A stretch of DNA of 64,000 bases from positions 1 through 64,000 of IMG/VR virus record IMGVR_UViG_3300005512_000016, one strand, 5' to 3'. The notes under the pieces are model-generated. The model ran no database searches. It was given only the letters and a program-made list of their open reading frames with translations, and was not told where the DNA came from. The position numbers and the translations under genes were made by a program. Positions 1 through 8,958 of this stretch are shown here, piece by piece. Origin of the DNA: an uncultured virus (IMG/VR IMGVR_UViG_3300005512_000016). Lineage: Duplodnaviria; Heunggongvirae; Uroviricota; Caudoviricetes. Each line of letters opens with the position of its first letter. Position 1 is the first letter of the stretch.

Positions 1-2
1 AG

Positions 3-206
3 TCCTATGATAATGAAAAATGTTTTATAAAAAGAACCATGAAAGTTACAAACGAGCTTGATAAGTTTTGCTCTTTACCTTTTTCTTTAGCAAAAGAAAA
101 AGTTGAAAGTATTTCTCATATATTATTACATAATAGAAAAGTTTGCGAAAGTTTTAACCCTGCCTATTTGTTCAGGAAAATGATAATGAAAATAACAGAA
201 GGATAG
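3..206 (+). CDS. 3' end of a gene truncated by the window edge; resembles the C-terminus of 29980..31185
   Basis: Frame 3 is open from the edge to TAG 204-206: SYDNEKCFIKRTMKVTNELDKFCSLPFSLAKEKVESISHILLHNRK; shares the YD..R..EL..CS..I..IL.HN pattern with 29980..31185. Confidence 0.6.
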   Translation, partial: SYDNEKCFIKRTMKVTNELDKFCSLPFSLAKEKVESISHILLHNRKVCESFNPAYLFRKMIMKITEG

Positions 207-209
207 TAT

Positions 210-872
210 ATGTATGTAAGATTAATTAGTTATTCTAAACCAGATAACATTATTGGTATAGATAATATTCAAGATTTAATTGCTTATTGTGCTAGAGTTA
301 GTAATCCCGCTAACCAAATGAATAAGGAAACAAGTGAAAAATTGATAAGATATTTGATTAAACATGGACATTGGTCACCTCTTGAGATGGTGTCAGCCTG
401 TTTAGAAATAGAAACTACTAGAGATATCGCACACCAAATAGTAAGACATCGTAGTTTCTCTTTCCAAGAATTTAGTCAACGTTATGCTAATCCCGCTGAG
501 ATGGGCGATCAGTTTGTTCTGCGTGAAGCAAGATTGCAAGATACTAAAAATCGTCAGAACTCTATTGATACTGACGATGTTAACCTTCAAGACAGCTGGG
601 AAGTAATTCAAAAAGATGTTATAAATGCAGCAGAATTAGCTTATAACTGGGCACTAGAAAACGGTATTGCAAAAGAACAAGCAAGATCTGTATTACCTGA
701 AGGCAACACTAGAACTAAACTTTATATGAATGGCTCTATAAGAAGTTGGGTACACTACATTGAATTACGAAGTGGTAATGGCACACAAAAAGAACATATG
801 GAAATTGCAAGAGGCTGTGCTTATGAACTCAAATCTATATTCCCTATGATAATGGAATTTGTAAATGACTGA
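210..872 (+). CDS. thyX: Flavin-dependent thymidylate synthase
   Basis: GHWSPLE, RHRSFSFQEFSQRY (RHRx7S ThyX motif), AKEQARSVLP, QKEH. Confidence 0.96.
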   Translation: MYVRLISYSKPDNIIGIDNIQDLIAYCARVSNPANQMNKETSEKLIRYLIKHGHWSPLEMVSACLEIETTRDIAHQIVRHRSFSFQEFSQRYANPAEMGDQFVLREARLQDTKNRQNSIDTDDVNLQDSWEVIQKDVINAAELAYNWALENGIAKEQARSVLPEGNTRTKLYMNGSIRSWVHYIELRSGNGTQKEHMEIARGCAYELKSIFPMIMEFVND

Positions 873-1542
873 ATACGATTCTACTAAAGAATGGCAAAAA
901 CTTTATGAAGATATTGAACCAAAACTTTATGAAGACAGTGAGCCAGAACGTTATTATGATTGGATGTTATGGAAATTGAGACAAGAAAGAAAAAAAGAAG
1001 AAGAGAAAAAATATATTTATGAGTCGCCTGACAAAGGCAAAACAATTTATAGACGAGAAATGGGCAGTATGAAAAAAGAAAAATTAGTACAAAAAGATAA
1101 ATCTCCTTTTATTCAATACGGTAAAGATAAAAAATATATTTATGAGTCGCCTGACAAAGGCAAAACAATTTATAGACGAGAAATGGGCAGTATGAAAAAA
1201 GAAAAATTAGTACAAAAAGATAAATCTCCTTTTATTCAATACGGTAAAGATGAGCATGAAGTATATCTATCAGCCGATGCTGTAGAAAAATTATCTAAAC
1301 AAAATGGAACTGTGTCAATCAATGACATGGTAAACCACCCACCACACTATAACAAAGGCATAGAAACAAATGACTATATAAAGTCATGGGATATGAACTA
1401 TGCTCAAGGTAATGTAATTAAATATGTTACTAGATATAATTTAAAACATAGCGATAAAAGAAAACAAAGAGAAGATTTAAGTAAAGCCAAATGGTATCTT
1501 AATGATTTAATTACTCAGCTGGAAGAGTCCATCAAAGATTAA
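865..1542 (+). CDS. DUF3310-like protein with an internal 41-aa duplication
   Basis: C-terminal DMVNHPPHYN..GIE...GNVIKYV.R....EDL.KA.WYL motif. Confidence 0.75.
   Translation: MTEYDSTKEWQKLYEDIEPKLYEDSEPERYYDWMLWKLRQERKKEEEKKYIYESPDKGKTIYRREMGSMKKEKLVQKDKSPFIQYGKDKKYIYESPDKGKTIYRREMGSMKKEKLVQKDKSPFIQYGKDEHEVYLSADAVEKLSKQNGTVSINDMVNHPPHYNKGIETNDYIKSWDMNYAQGNVIKYVTRYNLKHSDKRKQREDLSKAKWYLNDLITQLEESIKD
1006..1251 (+). repeat. Exact 123-bp tandem duplication (1006-1128, 1129-1251)
   Basis: gagtcgcctgacaaaggc at 1021 and 1144; in frame. Confidence 0.95.
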
Positions 1543-1550
1543 CTTTAAAC

Positions 1551-1579
1551 TTTCTTAATGATTAATTTTTTTATATTAT
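1551..1579 (+). promoter_or_regulatory. Putative sigma70 promoter TTTCTT-17-TATTAT, probably giving a leaderless ligase mRNA
   Basis: -10 box ends 7 nt before ATG 1586; no SD sequence. Confidence 0.45.
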
Positions 1580-1585
1580 ATTTAT

Positions 1586-3316
1586 ATGAATTACAAAGAA
1601 CTCAAAGAGCTAATCCAAAAGCACAACAAAGCATATTATGACAACTCAGCCTCTGCAATAGCAGATGCCGACTACGATCAGCTATATGACAAGTTGGAGG
1701 CTGTGGAGAAGGCTCAAGGTTGGAGAGACCACGATTCACCTACAAAGCACGTAGGTGGCGCTCCAGGTAAGGTAAAACATCCTTATAAACTATACTCACT
1801 TCGTAAAGTGTTTAACGAAGATGAAGTAGATAGTTTTATGAGTATCAAACTCCCGAAGATTGATGGCACTAATCTTTCTCTAATTTACCGTAATGGAAAA
1901 TTAAAGATGGGTTTGACCAGAGGTAACGGTGAACATGGTAAAGATGTCTCGCATCTTATCGGAATGTTAAAAGGGTGTCCTACAAAAATTGATACACAAT
2001 ATGAAGAAGTTGTAATCAATGGAGAGTGTGTAACTGACAATACAGTAGATAATTATCGAAACTATGTTAGTGGTGCGCTTGGTCTTGACAGTCCTTCTGA
2101 GTTTGCTCAAAGAAACATAAAGTTTATTGCACATGATTGGCTTGGTGTAAACATGAATTACACTCCAAGAATGAAAGTAATAAAAAATATGGGTTTCTTT
2201 ACTGTGTTAGATGCAGAATCATGGAACTATCCTATGGACGGCACTGTGTTCAGAACTGATAGCTGGGAAAAAGAACAAACTCTAGGACATACTGGAAAGT
2301 ATCCTAGATTTGCAGTAGCTCTTAAACAAAGAGAAACTGAAACAGCAATTACTACTTTACAAGATGTTCTTTGGACAATTGGTAGAACAGGTAGTGTTAA
2401 CCCAACAGCTGTAGTAGAACCTGTAGTAGTAGAAGATGCTACTATATCAAGGATAACTTTGCACAACATAGATTTCATTGAGCAACACGATCTAGGCTTA
2501 GGTGATACTATCAAGATTGAAAGATCAGGTGGTGTTATTCCTAAGTTCCTAGAAGTGATTGAACACTCTAAACACAATCTTAAAATTAATCAAGCACACG
2601 CAGAAAAAGCCATTGGACAAAAAGTTGTAAGAGATGGCCCAAAACTAATGACAAAAAGTGGTGAAGGAGATTCAGTTAAGTTTTTAGAATACTTTATAAG
2701 AACCATGCAAATAAAAGGTCTTGGCCCTGCATCAATTAAAAAATTAGGACTTATGCACCCCGTAGATTTATACAGTAACGTAAACTGGGATAGACTAGGT
2801 GCAAATGGCGCAAAGATTGAACAAGAGATTGAAAGAACTAAGACTAAACCTTATATGACTGTATTAGCAGCATTAGGAATTGAAGGTGTAGGTAACGGGG
2901 GAGCTAAACTTATTATTCCCCACATTCCAGCTTTCAGAAATTTAAGAGATATTGAATTTGCAGAGATCAAAGGAATTGGTCCTCGCACAAAAGAATCTAT
3001 ACTTTCTTGGTTAGACGAAAACGAAGAATGGGTACTCGAACTGCCATTACAACTTGAACAAGAAGTAACGGTAGAAGAAGTATCTCAAACTGTAAAAAAA
3101 GTCTGTATTACTGGAAAGCTAGATATGACTCGCAATCAACTTGTGAGTATTTTAGAGCCTTTAGGGTTTAAAAATACAAGTACTGTAACAAAGGACTGTT
3201 ATGCCCTAATTACAGGAGATACTGGTAGTTCAAAACATACCCGTGCTACTCAACTAGGTGTTAAGATAATTGACTATTGGTCAAGTAAAAAAAATGTGTT
3301 ATCTGGTGATTTTTAA
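1586..3316 (+). CDS. ligA: NAD-dependent DNA ligase, single polypeptide with C-terminal BRCT
   Basis: YYD...D.DYD, KIDG adenylation motif, TRGNG, GRTG, TLHN, VIPK, BRCT CITGKL. Confidence 0.95.
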   Translation: MNYKELKELIQKHNKAYYDNSASAIADADYDQLYDKLEAVEKAQGWRDHDSPTKHVGGAPGKVKHPYKLYSLRKVFNEDEVDSFMSIKLPKIDGTNLSLIYRNGKLKMGLTRGNGEHGKDVSHLIGMLKGCPTKIDTQYEEVVINGECVTDNTVDNYRNYVSGALGLDSPSEFAQRNIKFIAHDWLGVNMNYTPRMKVIKNMGFFTVLDAESWNYPMDGTVFRTDSWEKEQTLGHTGKYPRFAVALKQRETETAITTLQDVLWTIGRTGSVNPTAVVEPVVVEDATISRITLHNIDFIEQHDLGLGDTIKIERSGGVIPKFLEVIEHSKHNLKINQAHAEKAIGQKVVRDGPKLMTKSGEGDSVKFLEYFIRTMQIKGLGPASIKKLGLMHPVDLYSNVNWDRLGANGAKIEQEIERTKTKPYMTVLAALGIEGVGNGGAKLIIPHIPAFRNLRDIEFAEIKGIGPRTKESILSWLDENEEWVLELPLQLEQEVTVEEVSQTVKKVCITGKLDMTRNQLVSILEPLGFKNTSTVTKDCYALITGDTGSSKHTRATQLGVKIIDYWSSKKNVLSGDF

Positions 3317-3360
3317 TAAAAATAAAAATAACCAAGAAACCACAATAAGTTAATTTGTAG

Positions 3361-3389
3361 TTGCTTGTAATATAAATCTTAGATATACT
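3361..3389 (+). promoter_or_regulatory. sigma70-type promoter TTGCTT-17-TATACT
   Basis: Near-consensus hexamers, 17-nt spacer, AT-rich upstream; 5' UTR hairpin tcaagaag/cttcttga at 3402-3426. Confidence 0.75.
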
Positions 3390-3459
3390 CTTTATATCAA
3401 GTCAAGAAGAGAACAAAACTTCTTGAGTACATTAACAAAAGTTCGAAAGGAACACTAAT

Positions 3460-4143
3460 ATGTCAAAATTTGAATACACTGAAGACATGGTTAGCTCAAT
3501 GCACGATGCGGCTGCATCAGGTGTTACTGAGGAAATCATCGAAAATCTTATGGGTGAGTTTGACTTCCCAAGACGTTCTGTAACCGCTAAATTAAGAAAA
3601 CTAGGTTATGACGTTCCTAAAAAGCCAGGAGCTGCTCCTGTATTTTCAGCTGAAGAAACTGCTGAGTTATCTGAATATCTTCAAGCAAACTCAGGCACTA
3701 TGACTGCTGAAGAAATTTCCGAAAGTTTTGCTGACGGAAAATTTACTGCAAGACAAATTAACGGTAAGGCTCTTTCATTAGAGATGACTTCACACGTTAA
3801 ACCTGCAGAAAAGAAAGTTACACCGAGAACCTATTCTGAAGAAGAAGAAGGTACTATTCAATCAATGGTTGATGACGGTAAGTATCTTGAAGAAATCGCT
3901 GAGTCAGTTGGAAGAACTGTCAACTCAGTGAGAGGTAAATTACTTTCTATGGGTCTTAAAGCTCCGCAAAGAGATAAAAAGACTACTAAAAGTGATCCTT
4001 ATGAGGGTATCGAAGATATGCTCGATCAAACTGTTGAGCAATTGGCAGAAGCATTTGACAAAACTGTCAGAGGCGTAAAAACAGTACTTACAAGACGTGC
4101 TCTTGCTTGTGCTGATTATACTCCAAAGTCTGCTCAAGACTAA
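3460..4143 (+). CDS. T5 D5-like DNA-binding protein / transcription factor
   Basis: Four HTH-like repeats (RSVTAKLRKLG, RQINGKALSLE, NSVRGKLLSMG, RGVKTVLTRRA); lies between ligase and helicase as in T5. Confidence 0.8.
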   Translation: MSKFEYTEDMVSSMHDAAASGVTEEIIENLMGEFDFPRRSVTAKLRKLGYDVPKKPGAAPVFSAEETAELSEYLQANSGTMTAEEISESFADGKFTARQINGKALSLEMTSHVKPAEKKVTPRTYSEEEEGTIQSMVDDGKYLEEIAESVGRTVNSVRGKLLSMGLKAPQRDKKTTKSDPYEGIEDMLDQTVEQLAEAFDKTVRGVKTVLTRRALACADYTPKSAQD

Positions 4144-4153
4144 TTTACCTTTA

Positions 4154-4190
4154 AAGAGAGTCAGGAATATCTTGACTCTCTTCTTTTTTC
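4154..4190 (+). terminator. Intrinsic terminator
   Basis: aagagagtcagga-ata-tcttgactctctt hairpin followed by a T tract, just after the D5 stop. Confidence 0.85.
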
Positions 4191-4192
4191 AT

Positions 4193-4489
4193 ATGCTCTT
4201 GCAAGATATTTCAAATGAAGACTTAGATTCTATATTGGGTATGTCCTTACCTGGTAAGAAATCTTTTTTTGCCAAAATGATAAACAAACATTTTCCAGAG
4301 TTAAAAGAAGAAGATCCCATGTACAAAGACACTTTAGAGGCTTATCTTTCTAGTTTTTATGTCGAAAAACTATATCGCTCTAACAAATTTTTCCAAGAAA
4401 AGTTTGTAATGGTTTATACGAACACTGGTCTTGTTCGTAATGTTATTAACGAATTGTATTTCACAGACGACCATCTCATCACACATTAA
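4193..4489 (+). CDS. Hypothetical protein
   Basis: ORF; ATG 4193 preferred over the upstream start that overlaps D5 and the terminator. Confidence 0.6.
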   Translation: MLLQDISNEDLDSILGMSLPGKKSFFAKMINKHFPELKEEDPMYKDTLEAYLSSFYVEKLYRSNKFFQEKFVMVYTNTGLVRNVINELYFTDDHLITH

Positions 4490-4491
4490 AC

Positions 4492-4520
4492 TTGCTAAAC
4501 TGTTGACTTTTTAGTATAAT
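4492..4520 (+). promoter_or_regulatory. sigma70-type promoter TTGCTA-17-TATAAT
   Basis: Consensus -10, 17-nt spacer, GAGGAG SD before ATG 4545. Confidence 0.8.
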
Positions 4521-4544
4521 CTAAATACTAGAGGAGTATTTAAC

Positions 4545-5339
4545 ATGGCAAGAAACCCAATCAAAGCAGATATACCTGAAGCTAAAATTCGTCAAGCAAT
4601 TTGGATGCTAAAGGTTAATAAAACCAAAAAAGCAGTATGCGAGCATTTAGGTATTGCATATAATACTAAAAGACTTGACGCTATTATTGAAAATTTTCAC
4701 GACAGATTAGCAAAAGAGGCTGCCCTTAAAAAAGCGGCTAGAACTAAAGTATTCACAACTGCAGAGAAACAATCCATTGTTGATTCATATCTGAGTGGAG
4801 ATGCTCAATCAGCAATAGCTAAGTTACATCATATTTCTCCTGCAAGAGTCAAAAAAATATTAATTGAAATGAATATACCTATTAGAGCAAGAGGTAAAAA
4901 TAAAGCTGCAAATGTTGAACACGTTATTCAAGACTTAGAAGTAAAATTTAAAAAAGGCGATAAAGTGTTCTATGCTGAAAAAAATTGTTTTATGCAAATT
5001 AGAGAAGTTTATGATGAAGATTGGTTAGACTTTCATGAAAATGGTTTTCAAAAATATATTGATATATACCCATTCAAACCTAATCCAAAAACTGGCATGG
5101 CTGGTAACTATCATGAGCCTGCTCAAGGAGTTCACTATGAGATATACTGGATGCTTGATGGCGAAACTTTACCTACTAGAAAACTTAATGCGTTCTTGCA
5201 TCAACGTGATAAAGTTAGTAAAATATTAGAAGAAACAGGCAGAGAAAGTTATTTAACTTATCAGCTTGGCGATAATGGTGGTTATGCCACTCTCAAAAGA
5301 GATGTTCTATTTCCCGTAAAGGCTATTAATGGCAATTGA
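4545..5339 (+). CDS. Hypothetical protein with HTH-like segments
   Basis: Strong SD; QSAIAKLHHISPARVKKIL is HTH-like. Confidence 0.65.
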   Translation: MARNPIKADIPEAKIRQAIWMLKVNKTKKAVCEHLGIAYNTKRLDAIIENFHDRLAKEAALKKAARTKVFTTAEKQSIVDSYLSGDAQSAIAKLHHISPARVKKILIEMNIPIRARGKNKAANVEHVIQDLEVKFKKGDKVFYAEKNCFMQIREVYDEDWLDFHENGFQKYIDIYPFKPNPKTGMAGNYHEPAQGVHYEIYWMLDGETLPTRKLNAFLHQRDKVSKILEETGRESYLTYQLGDNGGYATLKRDVLFPVKAINGN

Positions 5340-6717
5340 TTTACAAAAACTCACTTTAAGACGATTGCTGGACACTCAAAGTAACGATCTATATTCAAGG
5401 TTACTTAATCAGTATTTTACGGGTATTAATCTTACTTTGTTTGAAAAAGTAAAATCTTTTTACAAAGCAAATATGCGACTACCTAGCACTGATGAAATAT
5501 TGAGTCTACGGAAAGATATAGGGTTACAAGAGTATATTGAAAATCAAATTGTAAATGATGAAAATGTTTGTGACCAAATACAGAATGAGTTTTTAGTCTC
5601 ACAACTACAAGATTATTATATTCGTGATGAAACTATACATTTTATGGATAAGTTTGTGGATCGTCTTGATGATTTAGAAAAAGTAGAAATTGTAGATCAA
5701 TTTCAAAATCATTTATTACACCTAAATCAAGCTATACCTTACAATGATGAATTATATGACATAGCTGAATTAGACTTTTTTCCTTCTGAAGATGATTTCA
5801 AAATATTTCCTTCAGGTCTTAGTGCTGAATTTGACGCAGTTAATGGTGGTTTTGCTACACAAGAACTAGTATTACTAGGAGGGCGTAGAGGTTCGGGTAA
5901 GTCTATTATATCACTTAATATGGCGCTAAATAGATTTTTAGAAGGTAATACTGTTGCTTTTTTTACTATAGAAATGAGATACAAAGAAGTTTACGATAGA
6001 GTTCTTTCTATAATTAGTGAAGTTCCTTTCTTAGATATATTTAGGAATAAAACTACAGCACAACAAAAGATTGCTATGGCTAAAGCAAAGTTTAAGCATT
6101 TTTATAAACCTTCAAAAAAGATTGACGAACTGTTGAAAGAGCTAGAATATACTAAGGACTTTAAACTATTTGAACAAAAATTAAAAGTAGAAAAACCAGC
6201 AATGACAGATCATAGACTGTTTATGATTGATGATGAATCTTTGACTTTAAACAGAATAGATCACTACTGTAACATGTTCAGTTCTAAATATCCTAATTAT
6301 AATCTTGCAGTTGTTGATTACGTCAATATAATAAAACATGATGATCAAAAAAATTGGCAAACTCAAATAACTATTGCAGAGAATCTTAAATCATTATCAA
6401 GAAAATATGATTTAACTATGATATCACCTTATCAGATAGATGCAACTGGCGAAGCTAGATTTGCAAAAGGTATTTTAGATTCTGCTGATAGGAGTTTCAA
6501 CTTTTTTCCTCCACCTGAAGATGAAGATAGACAACTAAATAATAAAATTACAATACATACGACAAAGATTAGAAACGGAAAACATATGAGTTTTGATGTT
6601 TACATGAATTGGCCGTGTGTAAAAATAGACCCAGCACAATCAAATGTAATAAACGAAAAACCTCACGATGCTGTGAAGTTTGGAACAGATAAAAAAGAAG
6701 GATCAAAAGATATATGA
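5329..6717 (+). CDS. DnaB-like replicative helicase (T5 D6-like)
   Basis: Walker A GRRGSGKS, FFTIEM, VVDY, SPYQ, KIRNG. Confidence 0.9.
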   Translation: MAIDLQKLTLRRLLDTQSNDLYSRLLNQYFTGINLTLFEKVKSFYKANMRLPSTDEILSLRKDIGLQEYIENQIVNDENVCDQIQNEFLVSQLQDYYIRDETIHFMDKFVDRLDDLEKVEIVDQFQNHLLHLNQAIPYNDELYDIAELDFFPSEDDFKIFPSGLSAEFDAVNGGFATQELVLLGGRRGSGKSIISLNMALNRFLEGNTVAFFTIEMRYKEVYDRVLSIISEVPFLDIFRNKTTAQQKIAMAKAKFKHFYKPSKKIDELLKELEYTKDFKLFEQKLKVEKPAMTDHRLFMIDDESLTLNRIDHYCNMFSSKYPNYNLAVVDYVNIIKHDDQKNWQTQITIAENLKSLSRKYDLTMISPYQIDATGEARFAKGILDSADRSFNFFPPPEDEDRQLNNKITIHTTKIRNGKHMSFDVYMNWPCVKIDPAQSNVINEKPHDAVKFGTDKKEGSKDI

Positions 6718-6905
6718 ACAGTTTAGAAGAAAAATTAAATAAATTAAAAAAATTATTAACCGAGCAACAACATCTTAAGAACCCTTTAGAAGTGTGGGAT
6801 TATTTCTTAAAACTAATTCGGTACTGGGGTGTGTGTGATAATAGTCAGCGACTATTCTTAGATAAAGCAAAAATGATATTGTTGAATAATAAAAAATGGA
6901 TTTAA
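6714..6905 (+). CDS. Small hypothetical protein
   Basis: ATGA overlap with the helicase stop; GAAGGA SD. Confidence 0.55.
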   Translation: MNSLEEKLNKLKKLLTEQQHLKNPLEVWDYFLKLIRYWGVCDNSQRLFLDKAKMILLNNKKWI

Positions 6906-7753
6906 AAGAAATATTAGATAAAAGGGGTGTTGAATATAAAAATACAAATAACCCTAGTGAAATATTAATATCTTGTACAAGTGGTTTACATGATGATAAA
7001 TCGCCTTCATTATCCTATTCTCTTGAAAAAAATGTATTTCATTGTTGGAGTTGCGGTTTTGGAGGAGGTGTATCAAAATTTCTAGAAAGTATAGGAGAAA
7101 TTACTAGAATACCTGTAGAGAGTAAACAACCCTTTAAAATACAAAAACTAAAAACTAAAATTAAGGCTGTAATTGAGATAGATGAGGTAAAACTTCCTAA
7201 AACGAGACAAACTTTTATAGGAGAATTCAAAAACATTTCAGGCGCAACGTTAAAAGAATTTCAAGCATTTACTACAGAAGAATTACAATTACATAATTAT
7301 ATTTGTGTTCCGATATATCAATTTGGTAAATTAAAATTTATTGAAGGAAGATATATGGGAAACGTATCTTCACAACCTAAATATTATAGACGACCTGCAA
7401 AAGGTAAGGTTAATAATATACTTTTTCCTTTAGATAAAGTAAAAAATACGAATTATATAATTTTAGTTGAAGGATTATTTGATATGTTAAATATGTGGCA
7501 GTTAGGTTATAAAAATACTCTATGTATTTTTGGTGCATCTAATTTTGGTAGAATTAAACTAGACCTAGTAGATAAAATTGGAGTAAATCGAGTTGACATC
7601 ATGATGGATCCAGATGCTCCTGGACAAATGGCTGCTGATAAGATACAATCTTTATTAGATTCAAAAAATATTTATTCAAGAATAATAAAGTTACCATTAG
7701 GACATGATCCTGGTGATATAACTAAAGATATGGCAGAGGCAGTGTTAAAATGA
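6896..7753 (+). CDS. DnaG-type DNA primase
   Basis: Zn finger C....H..CWSC; TOPRIM VEGLFD, DPDAPG, DPG. Confidence 0.92.
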   Translation: MDLKEILDKRGVEYKNTNNPSEILISCTSGLHDDKSPSLSYSLEKNVFHCWSCGFGGGVSKFLESIGEITRIPVESKQPFKIQKLKTKIKAVIEIDEVKLPKTRQTFIGEFKNISGATLKEFQAFTTEELQLHNYICVPIYQFGKLKFIEGRYMGNVSSQPKYYRRPAKGKVNNILFPLDKVKNTNYIILVEGLFDMLNMWQLGYKNTLCIFGASNFGRIKLDLVDKIGVNRVDIMMDPDAPGQMAADKIQSLLDSKNIYSRIIKLPLGHDPGDITKDMAEAVLK

Positions 7754-8958
7754 AATTAGCAATCATTGGAGCAGGAGTTACAGGTATAACTACTGCATAT
7801 TTTTTACGAAAAGCAGGACACGAGGTCACTGTAATAGATGCAAACATGCATCCTGCTATGCTTGCATCTCATGCTAACGGAGGACAACTATCTTCATCAA
7901 ATGCAGAAGTATGGAACTCTTGGGCAAATGTATATAAGGGTATAAAATGGTCATTTAAAAGAGATGCTCCACTAAAAATGAGATATGACTTAGATTTCAA
8001 AAAATATAAGTGGCTAATACAATTTATGTCTAATATAAAACATGCAGAAGAAAACACTATTGAAACCACTCGTATGGCGATGGAGTCTATTCATTTAATG
8101 AGAACTGAGTTTTCAGACATAGATTATGAACAAAGTGATTGTGGTATTATGCATATCTATAAGAACAAAAAAGAATTAAATCATGCAAGAAGGGTAAACG
8201 AACTTTATAAAAAAGGCGGATTATCTCGAACAGAAATTAATCCTAATATGATGAAATTAAAAGAACCAAACATAGTGACTGATGATTGTATTGGTGGCAT
8301 GTGGACTGGTTATGACGGTGTTGGAGATATTCATAAATTTTGTGTGAACCTAGCTAAAAAGTGTGAAAAAATGGGAGTTAAATTTAGATATGACACTAGG
8401 ATTGACTGGTACCATAAAGCACCTATGGGGTTAAGTACAAAAATGAAGAGGTGGAGGCTTACAGATAGAAATAAAAATGATCTACATTATGAAGGACTAG
8501 TAATTTGTGGAGGTGTATATTCTAGAAAAATAGGAAGAGAATTAGGAGACAATATACCGATATACCCAGTAAAAGGATATTCTGTTAGTATTAATATAAA
8601 AGGTCAAGAACATCTTGCACCAAAGGTATCACTATTAGATGATGAAGCTAAGATAGTCACATCAACTCTAGGTAGTGTACTAAGAGTAGCAGGAACTGCA
8701 GAATTTAATGGGCAAAATAGAGATATAAGAATAGATAGAATTACACCATTAATGAATTGGGTAAGGAAACATTTTCCAAAATTAGAACTACGAGACTACA
8801 AGTCTTGGGCAGGATTAAGACCTATGACACCTAACATGATGCCTATAGTTAAAATTGGCAAATGCCCAAATGTTTGGTACAATACAGGACATGGACATTT
8901 AGGATGGACACTAAGTGCATACACAGCAAGACAAATAACGGAGATAATAGATGAGTGA
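7750..8958 (+). CDS. dadA: FAD-dependent D-amino acid dehydrogenase
   Basis: IIGAGVTG Rossmann motif, SHANGGQLS, YPVKGYS, RVAGTAE, WAGLRPMTP, NTGHGHLGWTLS. Confidence 0.9.
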   Translation: MKLAIIGAGVTGITTAYFLRKAGHEVTVIDANMHPAMLASHANGGQLSSSNAEVWNSWANVYKGIKWSFKRDAPLKMRYDLDFKKYKWLIQFMSNIKHAEENTIETTRMAMESIHLMRTEFSDIDYEQSDCGIMHIYKNKKELNHARRVNELYKKGGLSRTEINPNMMKLKEPNIVTDDCIGGMWTGYDGVGDIHKFCVNLAKKCEKMGVKFRYDTRIDWYHKAPMGLSTKMKRWRLTDRNKNDLHYEGLVICGGVYSRKIGRELGDNIPIYPVKGYSVSINIKGQEHLAPKVSLLDDEAKIVTSTLGSVLRVAGTAEFNGQNRDIRIDRITPLMNWVRKHFPKLELRDYKSWAGLRPMTPNMMPIVKIGKCPNVWYNTGHGHLGWTLSAYTARQITEIIDE

